Origin: an uncultured bacterium
GTDB taxonomy: Bacteria > SAR324 > NAC60-12
DNA length: 27,935 nt
Direction of reading: 5' to 3'
Assembly (NCBI GenBank): GCA_964010765.1
Contig: CAXGMD010000046.1
Span: 1 to 27,935 of the forward strand
In this document: piece by piece, positions 8,591 through 17,222 of the stretch
Numbering within the stretch: the first letter of the stretch is position 1
Layout of the letters: each line of letters starts with the position of its first letter
Made by a program: the position numbers and the translations under genes
The notes under the pieces: model-generated
The model's input: the letters and a program-made list of their open reading frames with translations, nothing else
Databases searched by the model: none
What the model was told of the DNA's origin: nothing

Positions 8591-9058
8591 ATGATGCGTT
8601 TAGGAGTATTAGTTTATATCGAAAAAGATGAGCAGATTTTGATGATTCATCGCCAGAAACGAGATGAACATCAAGGTTTTTGGTTGGCTCCTGGTGGAAA
8701 AATTGAAGCCAATGAACCACCGCATGAAGCTGCCCGTCGAGAAGTGATTGAAGAAACTGGGCTGAAACTAACCGATCTGCACCTTCAAGGGTTGCTGAGT
8801 TTCCCGGATCTAGGAGATTCTCCCTTTGGCGATGAATGGCACGTTTTTGTCTTTTATTCGAACAGTTTTCAGGGTGCCTTGCGAGAGGATTGTCCGGAAG
8901 GCATCCTTGCCTGGATTTCTAAGAAAGAATTGACTTCCCTGCCAATGTGGGAGGGAGACCGACTGTTCACCCCGATGGTCTTTCAGCAGCAACCCTTTGG
9001 TGGGAGATTGCTCTACCGGGGTAATGTTCTGCATGAATCACAATTTTGGAATCTTTGA
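8591..9058 (+). CDS. Nudix hydrolase, 8-oxo-dGTP diphosphatase (MutT/MTH1-like)
   Basis: Nudix box GGKIEANEPPHEAARREVIEETGL, plus CPEG.L.W and LPMWEGDR. Start is 8588, 8591 or 8594. Confidence 0.9.
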   Translation: MMRLGVLVYIEKDEQILMIHRQKRDEHQGFWLAPGGKIEANEPPHEAARREVIEETGLKLTDLHLQGLLSFPDLGDSPFGDEWHVFVFYSNSFQGALREDCPEGILAWISKKELTSLPMWEGDRLFTPMVFQQQPFGGRLLYRGNVLHESQFWNL

Positions 9059-9074
9059 AGTGAGTTTCAGTACT

Positions 9075-9452
9075 ATGAAATGGGTAGCCTTGACTCTAAT
9101 TGGACTGTTAGCACTTGGGGGGTGTCATGTGCGTCTGCAATATCCCTCAGAAAGTCCTTCTCCAAAGCAGCACCGACTAGAAAGAAATTTCTGGTTCTGG
9201 GGACTTGTGGGCGATTGGCAAATTGAGGCTGATCATTATTGCGCCCAAGGCAGACTTTACGAATCTCACTTCTTTACTTCTCTCGGTCAAGGCGTACTCA
9301 CCTTCGTCACTCTGGGAGTTTATAGTCCTCGAACGGTAATTCTTACTTGTTCAGGTGAGCAAGAACCCTTGCCTGAAGTGAATAGGCCAACCGACCCCTT
9401 ACCTGAATTTCTGTCTCCTGATCCAAACACCCGGCCTTTCGAACAGCACTGA
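9075..9452 (+). CDS. Bor/Iss-like lipoprotein
   Basis: Signal peptide with lipobox LGGC, FWFWGL...C...VTLGVYSPR....C pattern, Pro-rich tail. Confidence 0.7.
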   Translation: MKWVALTLIGLLALGGCHVRLQYPSESPSPKQHRLERNFWFWGLVGDWQIEADHYCAQGRLYESHFFTSLGQGVLTFVTLGVYSPRTVILTCSGEQEPLPEVNRPTDPLPEFLSPDPNTRPFEQH

Positions 9453-9636
9453 TTCTGATCAACATTCAAAGCTCATTCATCAACGATGAACACGACCGCA
9501 TAGAATTTTGCTGAAAAGGCTACCAGATCCATTCACTGTGTTCCAGAGGGCATCACAAAGAATTTTGTTTAGCAAGTCAGGTAGTCCACCTTAGATTCCT
9601 TTCGTCTTTCTGCTAGCTACAATCGTCAGTTTTTCT

Positions 9637-10368
9637 ATGCGAGGAGAAGTGTCATCAAACTTGCCGTTGGGTGAAATCGTAGACGGATTTGTAATTCCTC
9701 CACATCCTCGTGGAATTGAGTTGGAAGGGAAGTGGGTTATGATCCAGCCACTCTCTGCTGAAAAGTTTGCAGCGGAGCTTTACGAAGCCTATCAGCTTGA
9801 TCCGCAAGGAAACAATTGGACTTATCTACCCTATGGACCGTTTTCAACCCAATCAGAATTTTTGAATTGGCTTCGCTTGGTGGAAGATGAGACGGATCCT
9901 GTTTTCTTTGCAATAATCAACAAGACCATGAGAAAAGCCGTAGGTGTCGCTAGTTTTCTGAGAATTAATCCCCAAGATGGAACGATCGAAGTTGGACATC
10001 TAAATTTCTCCCCCTTACTGCAGAAAACTACCGAAGCAACAGAGGCCATGTTCCTGATGATGAAATGGGCTTTTGAAAATGGCTATCGCCGGTATGAATG
10101 GAAATGCAATGCTCTCAACATCAAGTCTCGCGGGGCAGCGCAAAGATTGGGCTTTTCTTACGAAGGAACATTTAGACAAGCTCTGATTGTCAAGGGGAGG
10201 AATCGAGACACTGCTTGGTTTGCTGTCATTGACAAGGAATGGAAAAATTTAGAGCGGTGTTTCTTAAGATATTTGTCTGAAGAAAATTTCGATGAAAATC
10301 GGGCACAAAAAATCTCTCTTGCCTCATTGACAAAACCCCTGCTCTACAAAGTGGATGAGCTAGAATAA
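9637..10368 (+). CDS. GNAT N-acetyltransferase, RimJ/RimL-like
   Basis: WTYLPYGPF, IEVGHL.FSP.LQ, GYRRYEWKCNALN..S..AAQRLGFSYEG.FRQ and KGRNRDTAW motifs. Confidence 0.92.
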   Translation: MRGEVSSNLPLGEIVDGFVIPPHPRGIELEGKWVMIQPLSAEKFAAELYEAYQLDPQGNNWTYLPYGPFSTQSEFLNWLRLVEDETDPVFFAIINKTMRKAVGVASFLRINPQDGTIEVGHLNFSPLLQKTTEATEAMFLMMKWAFENGYRRYEWKCNALNIKSRGAAQRLGFSYEGTFRQALIVKGRNRDTAWFAVIDKEWKNLERCFLRYLSEENFDENRAQKISLASLTKPLLYKVDELE

Positions 10369-10447
10369 AAGAATGAGTTCTCCTAAACCCAAAATGTTAC
10401 TAGAAGAAAACACGACCAGCCTGTACCAAGTGAAGGAGATGCGGGGC

Positions 10448-11878
10448 ATGACGGTCAAATCAAGCTGGAAAATTTGCCTAATTTTATTGGGATGGCTATT
10501 TATCAGCACATGCACTCATTCTCTATCGGCTCAGTCCATTGAATGGAGTCGTTCTCCAGCATACCTGACACCTGCCCAAGTGCACGATGATCTTGTTGCA
10601 GCAAAGCAATTGATCCGAGAGAACTACGTCCACTATGAGCGTCTTCAGCAGGCAGGCCATGATTGGGATCAAGTCTTCTCAGAGTTAAGATCACAGTTGC
10701 TGGAAAATCCTCGCCCAATGCTGACCCAGCACTTTCAGGAAAAACTCTTGGAAGCTTTGCAGTTCACAGAGGATCCCGTCTTCCGAGCAGATCTCCATCT
10801 ACCTCGGCGGCACTATCAGACTCGAATTCTACTAGTCGAACCCCGGTTCACAGACTTGCGTCTCGCTAAACAAGGAGATCGCTTTCGGGTGCTTCCTGAT
10901 CAAAAGTTCCCCGGACTGGCGAATCTCTGGCTGAACGAATGTAATCATCCAAGTGTGCGTTTATTTCCAATCCTACCAGAGCGAATTCGTGAGGAAAGAG
11001 TGATGCTGGGGATCTATGCATCTGAATTTACAGAACGAATCAGGTGTGAATTTGTTGATGAGTTGAACCGAAAAGTCACTCGAGAGCTTCTCTTACAACG
11101 TATTGTCAAAGAGTTGGTCTCTCCAAGACAAACCCTGTTTCAAGCAGATGAAGGTCGTGTGTTTTATGTTCGTTGGCTTCGTGATGGACGTAAAGAGGAG
11201 ACGGCAGTAAGAGATTTTTATTTGCTGCCTGAGAGAATGGGTTCGGCCCGAACGCTAATCCTCGATGTCCGTGACAATGCTCAGGGCAGCTTTTCCTTTA
11301 TTGAGCGCTGGCTTCGTGATGTTTTACGAAATAATGTGCAAAGTTCCATCGTCCGGGAAAAGCAAACTCCCGCAACGATCACAGGCTTGTTGCGCCAAAT
11401 GGAGTGGCAGGAACGCCAGCTTTCGCAATCAGGGTGGCTGCAAGATGCCTTAGCTCAGCAGCGAGGTGTTTTTGCATCGATGTTACAGCGTTTTGAAGAA
11501 GAATCGATCAACGCCAAATGGATGGAGACGAAATTTCTGTTTCAAGGCAAACCGAAATCTCCAAAATGGAACAAGCGGTTGATCGTGATTGCTAATGACC
11601 AGTGTGGACCAGGTTGTCAGTTTTTGGTGGGGCTAAGCCGTCAATTGCCAAATGCTACTCTACTCGGAACGAACACAGGTCCTTATCCAGATGGGAATAT
11701 AGTGCCGATGTTTCAACTGCCTGCCTCAGGCATTTTACTCTCTTTCAGTCATCAGCTTCATTTGGATCATCAACTAAACGTAGTGCCACCATCCGGGCAA
11801 GAACCAGACTTCTGGCTATTTCCAACAACAACCCTGAGTAGTGTAATGCGTTTTGCCAACAGTGAACTAGAGCCTTGA
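10448..11878 (+). CDS. Secreted S41 peptidase-like protein with degenerate active site
   Basis: AAGGAG RBS at 10433-10438, signal peptide, LILDVRDNAQGS, LIVIANDQCGPGCQ, LLGTNTG, LPASG and GQEPD follow the S41 motif order. Confidence 0.7.
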   Translation: MTVKSSWKICLILLGWLFISTCTHSLSAQSIEWSRSPAYLTPAQVHDDLVAAKQLIRENYVHYERLQQAGHDWDQVFSELRSQLLENPRPMLTQHFQEKLLEALQFTEDPVFRADLHLPRRHYQTRILLVEPRFTDLRLAKQGDRFRVLPDQKFPGLANLWLNECNHPSVRLFPILPERIREERVMLGIYASEFTERIRCEFVDELNRKVTRELLLQRIVKELVSPRQTLFQADEGRVFYVRWLRDGRKEETAVRDFYLLPERMGSARTLILDVRDNAQGSFSFIERWLRDVLRNNVQSSIVREKQTPATITGLLRQMEWQERQLSQSGWLQDALAQQRGVFASMLQRFEEESINAKWMETKFLFQGKPKSPKWNKRLIVIANDQCGPGCQFLVGLSRQLPNATLLGTNTGPYPDGNIVPMFQLPASGILLSFSHQLHLDHQLNVVPPSGQEPDFWLFPTTTLSSVMRFANSELEP

Positions 11879-11943
11879 TTGGTCAAAAATTTGTATGAAC
11901 TTAAGAATACTTTTGGTCCCTTCCCATTAGAACGAGCAATGAA

Positions 11944-12564
11944 ATGAAAGTAGGCAATACGCCCGCCCCAGCCCAGGCTGCAAATCAGAAAAAAGCTGAG
12001 AAAACAGAAGAAAGCAAGTTGCCCTTCCCGATTCCACAAGCGGCTCAGCCTGTTCACCAACCAGATACGCGCTACAACAATGTTCGAGGGCCAGAAGACC
12101 ATAATCAATCAATCACCCTTCGCCGCTCCTATGTAATGGTAGTGTCCAGTTACGAGAAGGTTGCCCAGAAACAACAGCTTACGGATAAAGCTGCAGAGCA
12201 ATTTGCGGAGACCCTCCAACTTCGCCTGAACACCCTAAATGAGCAGGCTCTGAGGGAAATCCAAGAATTACCAGAATTCAAACGTCTTGAGACAGAGAAC
12301 ATTCGGGAGCTTGGTGAAGAATTGGCAGAACGGATGCAGGATGAACAGCAGCAATTAGAGGCATTTGCGCTTCTGAAAAATCCAAAATTTGCTGAGTACA
12401 TGGAGTCTAAGGATAGTGCCCAACGTAGTTTTGCAGAGCAAATGCAAGACTTTGGTTCTGAAACTCTGATGTTTGGGGCCTTGGAAATGATCAAGGACTT
12501 TGGAGGTTTAGCCGGCTTGGGTGATGCGAGTAACAGCAAAGGCAATGTCAGTATCAAGGTCTAA
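11944..12564 (+). CDS. Hypothetical helical protein
   Basis: 206-aa ORF with low-complexity N-terminus and Q/E-rich helices, fills the gap between S41-like gene and dgkA. Confidence 0.75.
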   Translation: MKVGNTPAPAQAANQKKAEKTEESKLPFPIPQAAQPVHQPDTRYNNVRGPEDHNQSITLRRSYVMVVSSYEKVAQKQQLTDKAAEQFAETLQLRLNTLNEQALREIQELPEFKRLETENIRELGEELAERMQDEQQQLEAFALLKNPKFAEYMESKDSAQRSFAEQMQDFGSETLMFGALEMIKDFGGLAGLGDASNSKGNVSIKV

Positions 12565-12613
12565 ACTTCTCAGTAGCAACTAACTATCTTCTATTTCCCT
12601 CATCCCCTCGTTC

Positions 12614-13015
12614 ATGATTGATTCAATGGAAGGGGAATCTCCCACATTACCTCCCCACCAGACTGGATGGCGTAGAATTAAGAATGCTCTCCATTTTTCC
12701 TTGGAGGGGTTACGCGCTTGCTACACTGGTGAAGAAGCATTCCGACAGGAAGTCTGGTTAGCCACATTTCTGATTCCCCTCTCTATTATACTGCCGATCA
12801 GTGTGCTCAGTACGGCTTTATTGATTGCGAGTGTGCTACTGGTGATGATCGTTGAAATTATCAATTCTGCTGTTGAGGCGGTTGTTGATCGTATTTCGAA
12901 AGATCACCATCTTCTCTCTAAAAAGGCGAAGGACATGGGCAGTGCTGCGGTCTTTCTCAGCCTAGTCAACCTCGTCATTGTTTGGACATGTGTGCTCTGG
13001 ACAGAGTGGAATTGA
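12614..13015 (+). CDS. dgkA: Prokaryotic diacylglycerol kinase
   Basis: EEAFRQE, VEIINSAVEAVVDRI and SKKAKDMGSAAV motifs. Confidence 0.95.
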   Translation: MIDSMEGESPTLPPHQTGWRRIKNALHFSLEGLRACYTGEEAFRQEVWLATFLIPLSIILPISVLSTALLIASVLLVMIVEIINSAVEAVVDRISKDHHLLSKKAKDMGSAAVFLSLVNLVIVWTCVLWTEWN

Positions 13016-13074
13016 ATTTTCTTCAAACACAAGCGTTGCACTTTCTTCGGCTTTCTACTAGCTTTTGACGACTT

Positions 13075-13512
13075 ATGGTCAAACCAAAACCTGTCATGGG
13101 TTGGCTAGGCGTGAGTTTAAGCCTGCTGGTGAGTACAATACCGTTGAACTGTTGGGCTGACTTTCCTCGCTTGCCAGCTATTGAGCCGGTGGAGATCTTC
13201 GTTCGAGAATCCCTGAAACCGGCACAGGAGCGCTATTATCGAGATGGGTTTCTCTATTACTTGGGACCAATCGAAGGCAATCGTGCTCATGGGAAAGGAA
13301 GGCTGTTTTGGAAGAACGGCAAGGTCCGCTATGACGGGGACTTCATTGAGGGGCGTCTCGAAGGCGCTGGAAAGTTGTTTGACCACGAAGGACGCCTGCT
13401 CTACCAGGGAGAGTTTCGAGCTGGTGTTTTTGCACGTGGTTCATACTTCAATGCTGCTGGGGAAGTAATGTACGAAGGTGACTTCCCTCCACCACCCCTG
13501 CTCCAACGCTAA
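13075..13512 (+). CDS. Secreted MORN-repeat protein
   Basis: Signal peptide and repeats YLGPIEGNRAHGKG, YDGDFIEGRLEGAG, YQGEFRAG, YEGDF. Confidence 0.8.
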   Translation: MVKPKPVMGWLGVSLSLLVSTIPLNCWADFPRLPAIEPVEIFVRESLKPAQERYYRDGFLYYLGPIEGNRAHGKGRLFWKNGKVRYDGDFIEGRLEGAGKLFDHEGRLLYQGEFRAGVFARGSYFNAAGEVMYEGDFPPPPLLQR

Positions 13513-13544
13513 TGGGGCGGTATCCTTATGCCGTAGGTAATTAG

Positions 13545-13820
13545 ATGGTCAAAGCTGATGTTGTACGTCGAGTCCGTTTAGAAACGGGCATTTCTCAGGG
13601 TGAAGCTGAGGACTTAATTAATGAACTGTTGGAAATCATGCGCCAGACCCTGGAGTCTGGGGACAACCTGATGGTCACTAACTTTGGGCTCTTTGAACTG
13701 AAGGACAAGGTTGCCCGACCTGGCAGGGATCCCAAGAGCAAAGTGGAACACCGCATTGATGCCCGCCGAGTGATTTCTTTCCATCCTGCAAAAACATGGC
13801 GGGAGGAATTGAATCAGTAA
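13545..13820 (+). CDS. HU/IHF family DNA-binding protein (IHF-alpha-like)
   Basis: MVKADVV, NFGLFELKDK.ARPGRDPKS and ARRVISFHP motifs. Confidence 0.88.
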   Translation: MVKADVVRRVRLETGISQGEAEDLINELLEIMRQTLESGDNLMVTNFGLFELKDKVARPGRDPKSKVEHRIDARRVISFHPAKTWREELNQ

Positions 13821-13866
13821 GTCAACCTACACAAGCATTACAACTTAAATAACAAATTACTGCTAA

Positions 13867-13921
13867 AAATTTTGTGCAGTGCACAAAATTTCTTGACAAC
13901 GAAGTGATGAGCCTTCATTGT
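13867..13921 (+). promoter_or_regulatory. Perfect 25-bp palindromic operator (PhaR-like) abutting a sigma-70 -35 box
   Basis: AAATTTTGTGCA-G-TGCACAAAATTT at 13867-13891, TTGACA at 13893-13898, weak -10 CATTGT 17 bp later. Confidence 0.7.
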
Positions 13922-13996
13922 GGGGATTATCAATAAAATACTTAGCCATTCAATACTCTAAGTAATGTTATTCCCTAACCGAACTTTCGGTAAAAT

Positions 13997-14749
13997 ATGA
14001 TACTCACTCCATTCAACTATGCTGACAAGGTTGCCGAAGGGGTCGAAGCCTTCTTCTCCATGCAGAAACAGACTCTCCAGATGGCTTTTGAAAATCTTGA
14101 AAGATCAAGAATTTCTCGATATGAGAGTCTTGGTCGGACGCAAATCTCCCTCCAAAATGCTACTGAAACCATTGGGCAGCAAATTCTGACAAATCAACTG
14201 GCGGTCAGAAAGTCTATCAATCAAACGTTTCAATTAAGATTACCTAAGACCACAAAACAATGGGATACGCTGCAGCAAAACTTCAGCAATTATTGTGAGA
14301 ATGTTCTTCAGCAAATTGATCATTCTGTCGTGATGACCAAACGAGCTGCGGAGCAAAGCCAAAAGGTAGAAAACACAGCACAGCAGTTGTCCCAAAACTT
14401 TTTGAATGAACATCTTGATAGCATTCAGAAAAATACCCTAAAGGTCTGGGCACGTCCTATGGTTGTAGTAACTGTGGAGGAAGATAAGGAAGAAGCAGTT
14501 TCGACAGAAGTCAAAGCTCCACTGACGGAAACGGCTATCCCAGATGCTGTGGATCCCCAGAAGTCGGCAGGTCCCATCTTGGCAAACAAGGAATCCAAGC
14601 CACAGAGCAACAAACCAACTGAACAAGCCAGTGAATTCGTACTGGCTCAATCGACTTCTGAAGAGAAGTCGCTGGCGGCCAAAATCGCGAGTAACCAAAA
14701 AAGTGCACAAAGAACTGGCTCAAGCCGGAGTTCACGGCGCTCCAAATAG
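13997..14749 (+). CDS. Phasin-like protein (putative storage-granule-associated)
   Basis: About 150 aa of Q/N-rich amphipathic helices, then a disordered A/K/P/S/E-rich tail ending SSRSSRRSK. PhaR-like operator upstream. Confidence 0.5.
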   Translation: MILTPFNYADKVAEGVEAFFSMQKQTLQMAFENLERSRISRYESLGRTQISLQNATETIGQQILTNQLAVRKSINQTFQLRLPKTTKQWDTLQQNFSNYCENVLQQIDHSVVMTKRAAEQSQKVENTAQQLSQNFLNEHLDSIQKNTLKVWARPMVVVTVEEDKEEAVSTEVKAPLTETAIPDAVDPQKSAGPILANKESKPQSNKPTEQASEFVLAQSTSEEKSLAAKIASNQKSAQRTGSSRSSRRSK

Positions 14750-14806
14750 GCAAAGTATCTTGCCTGATTCACCTAAACTTAATGCTATTAAAGAATGGAA
14801 AGGAAT

Positions 14807-15016
14807 ATGAGCATTTCTCGATCGAAAAACGCAATCACACAAGAAGAAATCGACGCTGCCTTAGCAAATTTCTTGGCAAAAGGAGGATCCATTACTCACC
14901 TTCAGGATCCCCGATCAACGGCATTGTGGAACAACGAATTTGATGATCCATTCATGTCTGATGACGATAGTTCTATCAATCCAGATCATTTGAGAATTGC
15001 ACATTCAGAGTTTTGA
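14807..15016 (+). CDS. Small protein with SutA-like RNA-polymerase-binding motif
   Basis: AAGGA RBS. EEIDAALANFLAKGGSITHL resembles Pseudomonas SutA 'ALARAMEEFLSRGGKVQEI'. Acidic tail. Confidence 0.55.
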   Translation: MSISRSKNAITQEEIDAALANFLAKGGSITHLQDPRSTALWNNEFDDPFMSDDDSSINPDHLRIAHSEF

Positions 15017-15761
15017 ATGAGCGTAGACGCTGTAGCCAACTACGGCGTCTGTCTTCCTCCCTCTGCGCATCATTAGATTTATCCCATTCCTCCCCCTGAC
15101 TTCCAACTTCGCTGAACAACCACTCCTCAACGTCTAATTTCTGGCTTAATTCTGGTTCACAGTTCCACTGGGCTTGGATGTCTTGGCCATTGCCGGAGCG
15201 GCGTGCGTGAAACTTCCAGCCAAGGTATTTGAGATTTGTTATCTCGTTCCGGTAGAGGCATCGAAGAAGATATAATTCATCTGTTTGGAAATTGAAGACA
15301 GGTATCTCCAAAACAAATTCTGACACATCAGGAATACAAAGCCATCTTGGCCAAGACCAGACCCAATCCCTATGGAATCCTGATCGACTGGATTGAATTT
15401 CTGCGAGCTTTTTTGAATGCAGTAGTTTCCCTGTTGTGACGTGCTGTCCACCAAGAATCAGGATTTCTTTACAATCTGGAACAAAATCCCCCTGTAACAG
15501 CCGAATAATACTGAGGCTATCCCGATATTCTTTTGGGCCTTTGGTCCAAGGCCAGTTTACCGGGATACCTTTCTCTGGATCTTCAAAAAGAGCTTCTGCA
15601 ACATGTTGTCGTGTAGGAGCTGCGATCAAAGCCTGATAGGTTTGTACCTGCCTCAGAATGACCCAAAATAGTGAAAAACCATTAACTTGATGAGGAAATA
15701 AAATTCTTGGTGGGAACTGATTTAGCCAGGATTTCGCAAAATCTGGGAGGACATTTTTCAT
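14976..15761 (-). CDS. Hypothetical protein
   Basis: 261-aa ORF, ATGA overlap with the upstream nucleotidase-like gene. Confidence 0.7.
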   Translation of the reverse strand: MKNVLPDFAKSWLNQFPPRILFPHQVNGFSLFWVILRQVQTYQALIAAPTRQHVAEALFEDPEKGIPVNWPWTKGPKEYRDSLSIIRLLQGDFVPDCKEILILGGQHVTTGKLLHSKKLAEIQSSRSGFHRDWVWSWPRWLCIPDVSEFVLEIPVFNFQTDELYLLRCLYRNEITNLKYLGWKFHARRSGNGQDIQAQWNCEPELSQKLDVEEWLFSEVGSQGEEWDKSNDAQREEDRRRSWLQRLRSFKTLNVQFSNDLD

Positions 15762-17222
15762 GGAATGATGTTCAAAAAATCACACTCAGCAGGGAGTATC
15801 CTGGCAGTCCTCAAGAATTGGAATAATCTTTCTGGCCAGGAGATAGAGTCTAATTGCCCTATCTGATCATGATCAATCAGGGCACGAAAGACTCCCTCGT
15901 TACCTTGAAGATGGTAATTCAGCATCCAGACATCTTGGTTTGTAGTACCCATCACTGGCTTACCAATCAGTGACCACTTTTTTTGGTCTATCAAAATGTC
16001 TAATTGAGATCCATATAAGGAGGCTAACTGTAAGTGATTTCGATAGGGCCACCATCGATGTAAGTGGCTACGTTTCAAAAGTTCTCCAGTATTTGGAAAG
16101 AGTAGTGGTTCATATTGCCAACTTGGCAGCAGGGCTCTTTTTGGTTCTGGAAGCGCCGATTTGATCAGTTCGTTTATGCAATTTGACCAAGCTGTTTTGG
16201 ATGGTTCCTTCAGCCAGCGAACGGGCAATTCCGTTGTCATAAATTGGTCTGCCCGCTTTTGCCAAGGAAGCCATGATAGCCAGTCCTCGGCAATTTCTTG
16301 AGGCGCCTCCACGTATTGATAGTGGCTTTGCGTAATACGCCAACGCTTCTGTCTTAATTCCAGAGACCAATGCACCTCAATCCAGCCATTCCCAAAAGCA
16401 CCTGGAGCCACTAAGGGGGCTCGATACCGATTGAGGTGAGAGGTCGACCGTCTAGGAAATGTTTGGTGAGCATGCCCCGATACAACTAGATCAACGCCAG
16501 GTACATGATCGGCCACCCAGCCCGCAGCATTGGCGTTGGGGAGGCCAGCATATAGGTTTTCTTGATCTCCGAACTTTTTATTTGAGCCACTGTGCAACAA
16601 CGCAATAATGAGATCGACCTGCTGTTTTTCACGTAAGATTTTTTGTGATTTCTTTGGATCTTTCAAGAATGTCAAGAAATGCTAAATCATTTGCTAATTT
16701 TTCATGCCACATTGGAGCCGCAGGTGTCGTCAAACCAAAGACCCCAATTCGAAAGCCTCCTTTTTCAATGATTTCGAAACTTGGGAATTTGGGCCAGGTG
16801 CCTCTTATTGATACCACGTTTCCAGCGAGCATCGGGAAATTGGCTATTTTCTGAGCGACCTTCAACTTGTCAGCACCCAACGCCAAATCAGCATTTCCTA
16901 AGACTACGGTGTCCCACTGTAGTGCATTCAAGATTTCCAGTTGTGGAAATCTGGGAGGAGAGTGCTCATGCGTTAAAAAGTGACTAAAATCTGATCCTCC
17001 TAACAAGTCCCCTGCATCAAGCCGTAAAGTTGGGACTTCTCCGCGCTTGGGAGCCAGAGCATCAGCAAGATAAAGCCAACCTTGATTGCGACTAGCGTAC
17101 TTTGAAGCAAGAATGCCTTTGGTATCTCCTGTGATCAGAATACGCAGTTGTCCCTTGGATGAGTAACCAACAGCTGGGAAAGATAGAAGGAGAAGTAGGA
17201 AGATTAGGAGGCGAGACGACAT
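15758..17222 (-). pseudogene. Secreted metallophosphoesterase/5'-nucleotidase-like gene split by a frameshift
   Basis: N-part has ITGDTKG, DAGDLLGG, VLGNADL, FPMLAGNV and IGVFGLTTP. C-part has VDLIIALLHSG, PGVDLVVSGHAH and WPYRNHL. Removing one base from the A6 run (T6 at 16639-16644) gives a single 487-aa ORF. Confidence 0.75.

Noticed and set aside
8583..8720. 46-aa N-terminal extension of FliM in the ORF track
   Set aside because: It overlaps the Nudix gene antisense, and FliM homology starts at MEKKLRLSNEDIQALL (ATG 8582)
9075..9452. Bor-like lipoprotein as a prophage marker
   Set aside because: No integrase, structural or lysis genes in the window
14748..14765. AGGCAAAGTATCTTGCCT as a sigma-54 promoter
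   Set aside because: GG-to-GC spacing is 11 nt rather than the strict 10. It is only a short dyad
16638..16644. A_AAA_AAT as a programmed -1 ribosomal frameshift site
   Set aside because: A -1 shift enters the wrong frame. Joining the two halves needs +1 (or -2)
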